The notes under the pieces were generated by a model that worked only from the letters and a program-made list of their open reading frames with translations, was not told where the DNA came from and searched no databases. From Thermodesulfobacteriota bacterium (GTDB taxonomy: Bacteria > Desulfobacterota > Desulfobacteria > Desulfobacterales > C00003060): 64,000 nucleotides of DNA. The position numbers were made by a program, and so were the translations under genes. Below are positions 21,473 through 30,571 of the stretch, piece after piece. The DNA lies in NCBI GenBank assembly GCA_034189385.1, contig JAXHVD010000004.1, positions 64,001 through 128,000 of the forward strand. Reading direction: 5' to 3'. The first letter of the stretch is position 1. Each line of letters begins with the position of its first letter.

Positions 21473-23103
21473 AGGCAAGGCATCTGATCTGGACACGCAG
21501 AATTAGCCAGGTCGTCTTCTTTTTCTTGTTCCTTGTTCTTCTGGTGGAAAGCCGACTTCCAGAAGACGTGTACTTGGAGTACTCACTCTATTTTTCCGGT
21601 GATGGAGATATCAGGCTGGACCAGCCGCTGACCTTTTTCTTTGACCTGGACCCCCTGGTCTGGCTCTCGAGCCTGCTCTCAGGCCACCGACTCATCCATG
21701 GATTTGGGTGGGCCGTGGCGGTCCTCGTCTTGACCCTTTTTCTTGGCAGAATCTTCTGTGGGTTCATCTGTCCCCTTGGCACTATCCACCACGCCGTAAG
21801 TTGGATTCGGCCTGCTCTAAAAGCCCAGTCCATGGTTCGGGCCAACCAAAAGACCCCAGCCCAGAGGATAAAATATTTCCTCCTCATTGCCGTCCTTGTG
21901 TCAGCCCTCATGGGTCTCAACCTGGCAGGGTTGATCGATCCCATAGCGCTGCTTTTCAGATCCCTGGCCCTGGCCGTGGTGCCGGCGGTGGGTGTAGGGA
22001 TCAAAGGGATTTTTGATGCTATGGCGGCAAGCGACATAAAGCTTCTAAACTATCTGAGCTATGGCGGCGAGGCTCTTGTGTCGCCTGTCTTCGGCTACGG
22101 GTACCCTGCCTACCAGACGGCCTGGTTTATCGGTCTGGTTTTTCTTGTTATTCTCTTCCTAAATAGAATCAGGCCCCGTTTCTGGTGCCGCGTGCTCTGT
22201 CCCCTGGGGGCCCTCCTAGGGATATGCTCAAGGTTCAGTGTCCTGAGGCTGGAAAAGGATCATGAAAAGTGCACGGACTGCAAGTTGTGCTCAAAAACCT
22301 GCCAGGGGGCGGCCTCACCTGCACCGGGCCAGGATTGGGAAAACGCCGAGTGCGTGCTTTGCTTTAATTGCTTCCATGCCTGTCCTGAGGAGGCCCTTTC
22401 TTTTCGATTCAGGTGGCGGCCGACCATGAACAAAAAGCCGGATATGGGCCGGCGCGCCGTGCTCACTGGCCTTGCGGCTGGCATGTCGCTGCCGCTTCTC
22501 ACAGGACTTGACAGCCAGGCACATCATGTTTCAGATCCCCGCTTGATCAGGCCGCCAGGGGCCCTGCCTGAAAAGGATTTTTTAAGACTCTGCCAGAGGT
22601 GCGGCCTGTGCATGAAGGTGTGCCCCACAAATGCCATCAACCCCACCCTTGGGGAGGCAGGATTGGCTGGTTTCTGGACTCCCCACCTCATCATGACCCA
22701 GGGGTACTGCGAATATACCTGCACCCTCTGTGGCAGTGTCTGCCCCACAGGGGCCATCACAGAGATATCTGCCAGGGAGAAGATTGACCGTCCCATTAGA
22801 ATCGGGTCTGCCTATGTGGACCGGGGACGGTGTCTCCCATGGTCCGGCAATGGCCCGTGTATTGTATGCCAGGAGCTCTGCCCTACGTCACCAAAGGCCA
22901 TTTACCTGAAGAAAGAAGCCGTATCAGGGGCAGGTAAGACCTGGCTGGTAGATGTGCCCCGTGTGGATTTGAAACGGTGTGTGGGATGCGGGATCTGTGA
23001 AACAAAATGCCCGGTGAAGGGAAAGCCGGCCATTACAGTCATTGCCGCAGGCGAATCCAGGTCTATTGAGAACCAGATACTACTGCCGGATTTGGTGCCT
23101 TGA
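21469..23103 (+). CDS. Membrane polyferredoxin (NapH/MauN plus NapG/MauM-like fusion)
   Basis: FCGFICPLG and WCRVLCPLG; IRPPGA...CQRCGLCMKVCP; several 4Fe-4S motifs. Confidence 0.85.
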   Translation: MKARHLIWTRRISQVVFFFLFLVLLVESRLPEDVYLEYSLYFSGDGDIRLDQPLTFFFDLDPLVWLSSLLSGHRLIHGFGWAVAVLVLTLFLGRIFCGFICPLGTIHHAVSWIRPALKAQSMVRANQKTPAQRIKYFLLIAVLVSALMGLNLAGLIDPIALLFRSLALAVVPAVGVGIKGIFDAMAASDIKLLNYLSYGGEALVSPVFGYGYPAYQTAWFIGLVFLVILFLNRIRPRFWCRVLCPLGALLGICSRFSVLRLEKDHEKCTDCKLCSKTCQGAASPAPGQDWENAECVLCFNCFHACPEEALSFRFRWRPTMNKKPDMGRRAVLTGLAAGMSLPLLTGLDSQAHHVSDPRLIRPPGALPEKDFLRLCQRCGLCMKVCPTNAINPTLGEAGLAGFWTPHLIMTQGYCEYTCTLCGSVCPTGAITEISAREKIDRPIRIGSAYVDRGRCLPWSGNGPCIVCQELCPTSPKAIYLKKEAVSGAGKTWLVDVPRVDLKRCVGCGICETKCPVKGKPAITVIAAGESRSIENQILLPDLVP

Positions 23104-23147
23104 CGCCCATCTTCAAGGACTCAGCTTCCCCTGGAACCTTTAAGAAA

Positions 23148-24011
23148 CTACTGGAGCAGATACCATGGGTCAGGCATCTGATATGCCGGGATGGTGGAGT
23201 GATAGTGCATGACCTTGTCGAACTTGTCAATAACACCGGAGGCCATGGTGTCCTCTGAGTAATTTGTCTCGCTCACGAGGTTAGGCGAGGTGCCACCTGG
23301 TGTATAAGCGGAGTCACCTTCCATCAACCTGACCAGCATGGAGGCAGATGCCGTGCCGATACCCTCTGCGGAGATCTGATGATTAAGAGACGGCGGGCCT
23401 GTGGCTGTCACATCTGAATCCGTGTGAGATACCATAATACTCGTGGTCAACGTATCACTCCCGGCTGCGATGAACTCATTGGTTGCTGGTATAGTCTCAG
23501 CGACTGCCCAGGGACAAAGTGAAGGCATGTCACCCAACCCTGCGCTGTCTCCATTGGCAATAATACTCAGACCCACCCTTTCCTTGTCCTGGGCCGTTGC
23601 GATGAGACTCGCCTGTGAAGCCACATATCCTATGTCCTTACTGACCTTTAGGTTCGGTTCATTGTCTGATGTAGCATCAAAGCTGTTCTTAAACTCAATG
23701 AGACCATCAATGGCATCCAGTTCATTGGAATAAACGATCTGGGCGGCCCGGCCGCCGGCATCAAGATATTGCTCTATATTGCCTTGACCTACGGTGCTAG
23801 ATCCATTCTCTTCTGTATCGTGCATCCACGTCCAGGTAATGGACTGAACTGCTTCTAAATCCCCCGCAACCTCCACATCGGTATTGAGACTAATGCCCAG
23901 GCCGGCTGGTGGCGGTGGCACCGGAGGACTTGCCAAGCCAAGGGTGCCCATGCAACAGACAAAGACGATGGTCAAGCAAAAAAGCAAAATATTATCAACA
24001 AGTTTTATCAT
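23148..24011 (-). CDS. Secreted beta-rich protein resembling the Methanomicrobiales sheath-protein-like family
   Basis: Signal peptide; motifs LCPW...PATNE..AAGS, LNHQI, GTASA, YSEDTMASGVIDKFDKVMHYHS; own promoter TTGACA-17-TAAAAA at 24079-24107. Confidence 0.55.
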   Translation of the reverse strand: MIKLVDNILLFCLTIVFVCCMGTLGLASPPVPPPPAGLGISLNTDVEVAGDLEAVQSITWTWMHDTEENGSSTVGQGNIEQYLDAGGRAAQIVYSNELDAIDGLIEFKNSFDATSDNEPNLKVSKDIGYVASQASLIATAQDKERVGLSIIANGDSAGLGDMPSLCPWAVAETIPATNEFIAAGSDTLTTSIMVSHTDSDVTATGPPSLNHQISAEGIGTASASMLVRLMEGDSAYTPGGTSPNLVSETNYSEDTMASGVIDKFDKVMHYHSTIPAYQMPDPWYLLQ

Positions 24012-24336
24012 TTTCTAACCTCTCTGTTTCTCTTTTCTAGCCACATCAGGCCATTTTCTGGTGCGTAAAAGGGATACTTTTTTACCATGTCCAGCGATGC
24101 CTGTCAATTCAAATGACGCGCATGACTGGTTCGGTTGCAATCTTCTAACGGCATCGCTTATTTTTTCACCGTTGTTTGTCCGACGCCTTCCCATCTGGTG
24201 GCCCTTGACCGGTTCACGCAAAGGGGGCCCTGGCAGGACGCAAGCCGAGGCGCCTTCAACGACCTACTGGTAATTCGACATCATATATAGTAAATTCGGA
24301 AGCATAGAGGCTAAAAGATCCGTAAGGCCCTGTGGT

Positions 24337-24915
24337 GTGCAGGGCCCATTTGTTGGGGGCATAGCAAGGTTACCTGTATGCAAAATAAGCCCCCCCATGA
24401 CGAATTGGAAAAGAGAGTCAGGGCCTTGGAGGAAGAGGCTACTTGGCCGCAGGAAGGCTGAGGCCGCGCTGAGGGAAAGCGAAGTTCGCCTGAAGACTGT
24501 GTTGGATACGATTCAGGCCGAAATCGCGGTTATCGACCCGAAAACCCACCTTATCGTCGGTTCCGATGCCGCGGCCGGAAACATGTTCGGCGCTCCCAGG
24601 GAAGAGATTCTCGGCAGAGTGTGCCACAAGAGTTTCTGTGGGGCAAAAAAGGGCCAATGCCCCGTCACGGACTTAAATGAGCGTTTGGACAATGCAGAAC
24701 AGACGCTACTCCCGGCAAAAGGTGAAAAGGTACCGATTCTAAAGACCGTGGTCTCTGTGACGCTGGCTGGCCGAGAGCATTCGCTTGAAAGCTTCGTGGA
24801 CATCACTGAAAGAAAGCGGGCCAAGGAAGAGCGGGGGAGACTGATTCGGGAACTCCAAGAGGCCTTGGCACCCAAGCGGCACGAAGGTTGCCGATCCTCT
24901 GTCATTATTAGCTGA
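24337..24915 (+). pseudogene. Decayed PAS-domain sensor fragment
   Basis: AEAALRESEVRLKTVLDTIQ...CPVTD...ESFVDITERKRA; N-terminus appears frameshifted and there is no output domain. Confidence 0.6.
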
Positions 24916-24947
24916 GATACGCCAAAACCGATGAAGAAGGGTGGCCC

Positions 24948-25388
24948 ATGATGAAGGTGAACCAAGGATCTGATCAGCCCACGGTTAAGGCTCAACTAAA
25001 CGAGTTGCTCAACGACATGCAGATGCTCATCGAATCGGCATCTGAAGACCAGCAACGAAGACTCCCCACGTCCCTTCAAGAGCTGGAAGCAGCGGAGCGG
25101 AGAAGGGCCCCGCGAAAAACCTGCTCCATTCCCGTATCAGTGGGGAGCTGACGTGTCGTCAGAGCGTTTGCCAAGAATATCAGCCGTGGAGGGATGTTTA
25201 TTGGAACATCTGCATACTTTTCGCCTGGAGAGCATGTGACAATCACCTTTTCCCCACCCAACCAGGATCAAGCCCTTAGGATCACTGGACGGGTCGTACG
25301 ACGGAACGCCAAGGCTATCGGCGTGGAATTCGCATCGCCGGCAAACGTAGCGTTGCAGAAAGCAATAGAATCCCTTTCATATGAATGA
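24948..25388 (+). pseudogene. PilZ-domain protein interrupted by an in-frame TGA (25149-25151)
   Basis: ERRRAPRKTCSIPVSVGS*RVVRAFAKNISRGGMFI in one frame; paralog of 13001-13459. Confidence 0.7.
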
Positions 25389-25428
25389 GTTCCCTGGGTC
25401 CTAGTCAAAGGAAGAGAGGGGCTCGGTC

Positions 25429-26847
25429 CTACACGTCGCATACCACTTTATAACATGGCTTGTACTCGCCCACGCGCCGCATACGCCCTTGATCCACAAA
25501 GGCAGCTAAAAGCGCCTCGATTTCGCCCATGATAGCCTCTTCACCGTGGATGGCAAAGGGGCCGTATTCCTCCACTGCCTTGATCCCTTCCGGCTTGACA
25601 TTTCCCGCAACAATGGCGGAAAAGACACGCCGTAAGGAAGCTGCAAGTTCATGGGTTGCGCTATCGCGTTCTACTTCTAGCTGACCTACGTTTTCGTGGG
25701 TAGGGACAAAGGGCTCCTGAAAGATAAAAGGGATATGAAGGTTTCTGTTGAAGTAGTAAGAATCGCCCGTCCTTTCCCTGTATTTCTTTACTTCTAATAA
25801 ACCCTGGTTCATTGCCTTGGCCACCTGCTCGGGATCATCCAATATCACTTCATACCGTTGGGCCACGGCCTCGCCCAGGGTGTTTTCCACAAATCGTTGC
25901 ACCATGTCAGTGTATCCCCTCTTCGACCGCGGACCCGTTAGAATCAGCGGGAAGGGGATGTCTCTGTTTTGGGGATGGGACAGAATGCCCAGGACATAAG
26001 TGAGCTCCTCTACCGTGCCCGCGCCCCCTGGAAATAGGATAATCCCGTGGCCAAGGCGCACAAAAGCCTCAAGACGTTTTTCAATGTCCGGCATGATCAC
26101 AAGTGGATCCACAATGGGATTGGGCGGTTCTGATGCGATAATGCCAGGCTCAGAGATCCCGATGTAGCGCCCGTTTTTGATCCGTTGTTTGCTATGGCCG
26201 ATGGTGGCGCCTTCCATAGGACCTCTCATGGCACCTGGGCCGCAACCGGTGATGATATCCATCATCCGCAAGCCGCACTGGTTGCCCACTTCTGCTGTGT
26301 AGTCGTATTCCTCTTTGCTGATGGCATGGCCGCCCCAGCACACAACGATCTTGTGGTGGCCCCTCTTTTCAAAGATATCGGCATTGCGCAGAATCAAGAA
26401 AATGGAGTCCGTAATCCCTTTGGATGTTGCGAGATCAAATTTCCCGGTACGCTCAATCTCACTCTTGATGAACACCAGATCACGCAATACAGCGAAAATA
26501 TGCTGTCTAATGCCCTCGATCATCTTGTGCCTTGCCGTGACGTGACCGTTTTCATAGGACTCATAGGTAACAAAGGCGCTTGCCGGGGCGTGGTGAAGCT
26601 CCAACTCAATGCCGCCAGCCGTTGGGATGATTTCTAGATCAAAAGCACGGTATTGATCCAAGATGGCCCTCACATCATCCGTCTCCGAGCCGCAGTTTAG
26701 TACGGCCAGCGCACAACGTCTCAAAAGGGGATGGATCTTGTCCCGGCTTTCCTCAAATATGCCTATGATCTCAAAGGGGGAAAGGGTCTCAAGACAGGTA
26801 CCTTCGGGGGTAAGGCGAAAAGTGTCGACCGTCTCGTGCATCTTCAT
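25429..26847 (-). CDS. ppnN: Nucleotide 5'-monophosphate nucleosidase PpnN (LOG family)
   Basis: VVCWGGH, ITGCGPGAMRGPM, IMPDIEKRLEAFVR, PGGAGTVEE, FSAIVAGNVK. Confidence 0.85.
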   Translation of the reverse strand: MKMHETVDTFRLTPEGTCLETLSPFEIIGIFEESRDKIHPLLRRCALAVLNCGSETDDVRAILDQYRAFDLEIIPTAGGIELELHHAPASAFVTYESYENGHVTARHKMIEGIRQHIFAVLRDLVFIKSEIERTGKFDLATSKGITDSIFLILRNADIFEKRGHHKIVVCWGGHAISKEEYDYTAEVGNQCGLRMMDIITGCGPGAMRGPMEGATIGHSKQRIKNGRYIGISEPGIIASEPPNPIVDPLVIMPDIEKRLEAFVRLGHGIILFPGGAGTVEELTYVLGILSHPQNRDIPFPLILTGPRSKRGYTDMVQRFVENTLGEAVAQRYEVILDDPEQVAKAMNQGLLEVKKYRERTGDSYYFNRNLHIPFIFQEPFVPTHENVGQLEVERDSATHELAASLRRVFSAIVAGNVKPEGIKAVEEYGPFAIHGEEAIMGEIEALLAAFVDQGRMRRVGEYKPCYKVVCDV

Positions 26848-26959
26848 CACCGTTGGCAGGGAGATCCAAACAAGATCGTACAAACCGACGTCCATCCCTG
26901 TCAAATGGAAATCGGCCTGTCCACCCACAGGGGTCTTTCCCCAGAGTGGGGGAGCAGCA

Positions 26960-27409
26960 CTACTTGCGCTCGGCCCTCATCTCTACCACCACATGTCCCC
27001 ACCCACCGCAGGCCGGCCCCACATCAAAACAGCCAGTGCGGTTGAACATGACCTCATTAGGGTCCCTGCCGTTCATCAGATTTTCAAAGAAGGCATTGAT
27101 GAGAACGGTGAGATGGGGCATGAGGAAGGCACAAACACAGGTAGGCGCCTCTCGTGTGAGCAGATTGCCAGCATAGTCAAAGATCAGTTTCTGGCCCTTC
27201 ACGTGACCTGAATTGCATCCCTTCGACTCAACCACCTCTGCCACAAGGCGGTACTTGCCTGCTTCAACGACATTTGCAAAGAGGCGCTGGAATTTAGGGT
27301 TCTCCTTTATGTCGGCAAATTCCTCATCATTGAGCCCTAAGCGTTTTTGAAGGATTTTCGTCAGTCTTTCCGTATCCACGTCTATTCTCTCCTTTTTGAG
27401 ATTTTCCAT
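26960..27409 (-). CDS. Cys-rich hypothetical protein (TIGR04076-like)
   Basis: AEVVESKGCNSGH...GCFDVGPACGGWG. Confidence 0.6.
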   Translation of the reverse strand: MENLKKERIDVDTERLTKILQKRLGLNDEEFADIKENPKFQRLFANVVEAGKYRLVAEVVESKGCNSGHVKGQKLIFDYAGNLLTREAPTCVCAFLMPHLTVLINAFFENLMNGRDPNEVMFNRTGCFDVGPACGGWGHVVVEMRAERK

Positions 27410-27733
27410 ATGACTTCATACCCGATCAGCCCGTCAGGATCCTCTATCTGCCTGATGGACCCGCGCCTCCAGTGGGGCCCCATATGGCACCTTTCACCCC
27501 TTTTTTCAACCCAATTGGAGAGGGACCTCTTTTCTTAGACACTTGAGCACGGAAGGTGTGACGGCGTCACGAAAAAGGAGAAACACGAGGCTGTAAAAGC
27601 GTACAGGTGAATGATCACCCTTCTTGCTTTGGACCGGAGGCTTCTTTCGGAGTCGGTCTGTGCAGGTGGTGGAATAGGGTTTGCGACACGGCAGGGCCTG
27701 AGGCCCCTGCCGGCGCGTTGTAAGATAGATTGA

Positions 27734-28420
27734 TTAGTGTTCCAACTTCAGACCCCATCCCTCAAACATGAACATAATGGCAAAGCCGTACCACAGGGTG
27801 TAGATCACATAAAAGATTAAGGAGAACGACACAAGGCCGATGCGGTCGCTTATCCTTTGAGGCTCCACCTTGTAGTAGTTGTACGACGTCTCCACGGCCT
27901 TTTTCCCCACAGTGGACACGATTTTAGCCTCTGCGAATTTCTTCTGGGTCTTCAAGGTGTTTTCCATGGCCTTACAGGCCATCCACCAGTTGAAAAGGAC
28001 CTGCCTTTCGTCGTAGCCATATTTGGCCAAGACCCCTTGCCCGTCATTTCTATACATGGCCTCTGCGTCGGCAAGACAGTTTGCCAGGACGGCACCCAGA
28101 TCGGCCGAGACCTTCAATGCCGTCCCTGAAGCGGTTACCGAGGCGCCGCCTTTTTCAAAAAGCAGTGCCGTCTGACTGGCCTGTGCCTCGTTGGCCATCT
28201 TCAGGGTCATGGCAACAGAGTTGCCCATGAACTGGTCGGTCTCTTGCTGGACCTTTGGAATATAATAGGCCGAGCCCTTTGAAATACTGTTATACAAGTC
28301 GTCTGAGTATTCTAGACCATTCTGCCCGCCAAAAATGGGCATAAAGAAGATGAACAGCACGATCAGAAAGGCCACCATCATCCCAGCACCACCGTAAAAC
28401 TCTTTCTTGTTCGCAATCAT
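27734..28420 (-). CDS. Membrane protein partnered with a TauE-family transporter
   Basis: N- and C-terminal TM helices, NSISKGSAYYIP; overlaps the upstream tauE-like gene (ATGA). Confidence 0.75.
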   Translation of the reverse strand: MIANKKEFYGGAGMMVAFLIVLFIFFMPIFGGQNGLEYSDDLYNSISKGSAYYIPKVQQETDQFMGNSVAMTLKMANEAQASQTALLFEKGGASVTASGTALKVSADLGAVLANCLADAEAMYRNDGQGVLAKYGYDERQVLFNWWMACKAMENTLKTQKKFAEAKIVSTVGKKAVETSYNYYKVEPQRISDRIGLVSFSLIFYVIYTLWYGFAIMFMFEGWGLKLEH

Positions 28421-29742
28421 GCTCTCGCCTCCTCTCCCTGCAGGATTCCTGGTGCAGTGAGCCGCTCTCCCTTTAGGACCTTGATGTTCTTAAAGAAGGT
28501 GGCGATCACCCATAGGGCGAATCCACCGATCACGACGAAGAAGGCCCAAACTCCGATAGTCGCCAAAAGGGCACCCGTCTCTTTAGATAGGGAAATGTAG
28601 CCCATATCCGCCAACTTGCCCGGCAAGGCAAAGGCGCGGTTGATAAAACCGGCTAAGATGGCCAAGGCATAAAAGCCGCGGATCATGATGCCTTTCACCA
28701 CTTTGGTGACCATGGCCCCGACCTGGATACCGACCAAGGACCCTAAAAGCATGCCCATGGCCAAGGTGTAGAAGATAAACCCGTAGATAGCGTATTGGCC
28801 TATGGCGGCATAGCTTGCCGTAAAGATGATCTGAAAGATGTCGGTTCCCACCGTGGTCATGGAGGAAACGCCCAGGACGTAGACAAAGATGGGAAAGGTC
28901 ACAAAGCCTCCGCCAACGCCCATAATGGCCGCCAGCAACCCCACCAGGAAACCGCTTAGGACGAGGAATAACCAGGAAATTCCGCGTCCACCAGGCACGA
29001 AGTCGTGATCGAATTTAATGGTAGGGGGAACCTTCAAGGACTGCAGCTTTCGAGGCAACGCCCCCATCTCAGCCCCTTCCTCTTTTCCACCATGGGCCCC
29101 TGTATCTGTTCCACTGGGTGCCTTCCTCGCCCTGAGGAAGTCCATCATGGCGTAGATGCCCAAGAACCCTAGCATGAGGACATAGACTGTGGTGATGAAC
29201 GCATCACTCAGTACGGGATTGATCTCGTAGATGACACGGTTAATGTGGCCGCCCACTGTGGCCCCTGTAATGGAGCCGATTAAGAAGACAACGGCCAAGC
29301 CCACACACACGTTTCCCAGCTTCCTGTGGATCACGCTTCCCATGATCGCCTTGGCAAAAATGTGAAACAGATCTGTACCCACCACCAAGATACCCTTGAT
29401 GCCCGCACTCATGAGGGCAGGCGTAATAATGAACCCGCCACCTGCGCCGATGCAGCCTGTGATCAGGCCGGCCATGGCGCCGATCAGGATGGATACGACA
29501 AAAATAAAGGTGCCGTAATAGGCTGGGCCGTAAGCCTTCTTGCCGCCCAACAAGTCCGGCAAGGCCCCGCCGATCTGATCAGCAAAGGCAATGCCCACGA
29601 TAAGTATGGGGGCAATCAACAAACCAAGTATGATCAGTCGCTTGCGGTCGCGAAGGATCCTGGTTGAATTGTCGATGTCCCACTGGGCAAAGGTCCTTGC
29701 CCCCATCATCATAAATTCACCCCATTGTCTGAAAAAATTCAT
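28417..29742 (-). CDS. TauE/SafE (TSUP) sulfite/sulfur-compound exporter
   Basis: GCIGAGGGFIITPAL and MGVGGGFVTFP repeats; VGTD motifs. Confidence 0.88.
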   Translation of the reverse strand: MNFFRQWGEFMMMGARTFAQWDIDNSTRILRDRKRLIILGLLIAPILIVGIAFADQIGGALPDLLGGKKAYGPAYYGTFIFVVSILIGAMAGLITGCIGAGGGFIITPALMSAGIKGILVVGTDLFHIFAKAIMGSVIHRKLGNVCVGLAVVFLIGSITGATVGGHINRVIYEINPVLSDAFITTVYVLMLGFLGIYAMMDFLRARKAPSGTDTGAHGGKEEGAEMGALPRKLQSLKVPPTIKFDHDFVPGGRGISWLFLVLSGFLVGLLAAIMGVGGGFVTFPIFVYVLGVSSMTTVGTDIFQIIFTASYAAIGQYAIYGFIFYTLAMGMLLGSLVGIQVGAMVTKVVKGIMIRGFYALAILAGFINRAFALPGKLADMGYISLSKETGALLATIGVWAFFVVIGGFALWVIATFFKNIKVLKGERLTAPGILQGEEARA

Positions 29743-30129
29743 GGCAATGTCTCTCCTTTTCTTTAAAGTCTTTTTTTCTCTAAGGGCCTGCTCCTGTAGA
29801 AAATCGTTATCTCCCTGGCCGTCACGTGGATGTACACCCCCTTTCTGTCTCCGTTGTGGCGTTCTTTGTTTCTGAGAAACGGCATTGACTTCTTCCGGAA
29901 CCGTCACTCCCTGCCTCCTGTAAGGTCACATGCCCATCCCCTTTTCCTGAGGACCGCCTGGACCGTGATCATAATCAAGCCCCCGGCCCTGGATGATCAT
30001 TGGGCATTACTCAACGGCCTTTGTGATGCCGCGTGAGGAACCGATGCGGGCTTCAGCCCAAGCCCTACCCGAATTAGGATGATCGCTCAAACAGGAGGCC
30101 TCTTTGGCAACTGCGTTCTATCTTATTAG

Positions 30130-30146
30130 AGCAACGGGTGTGCCAA
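30130..30146 (-). promoter_or_regulatory. Sigma54 (-24/-12) promoter for the TauE operon
   Basis: TTGGCACACCCGTTGCT; upstream TGT-N11-ACA (TGTAGGGATTCTTTACA, about 30242-30258) resembles an enhancer-binding-protein site. Confidence 0.75.
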
Positions 30147-30571
30147 CAGGTAGGATCAGCAGGAAGGGAGATAACATGCTGGAAATACGAAAGATGTAAA
30201 AATGCCTCGCGTGGCGGTGCGTCTTCGGTCAAAGGTGCGTGTGTAGGGATTCTTTACAGATCGTAAAAGATGGAAGCCATCGGGGTGGCAAAAGACGTTC
30301 ATGGCAGTGCGGGGAAAGAGGAGGGGCCAGTCCAAAAAGAGCCAGAGTAACAAGGCTTCCAAGAGAAAAAACACCGTCACACTAGAAGGTTGCAAGCCCA
30401 CCTGTTTGTCTGGCTAGGGGCCATTAGCGAAGGGCCCAAAAAGGGGGAGCGCTGACGTCAGTTTTCCAGGGCCGTCACGACTGGTTTGGATTGACAAGAT
30501 TAAGAAAATCAAGGTATTGCGCGCACTCCTGAGTGGTCGAGACGAAATTGCGGAAAAGGGCCGGATGGACA

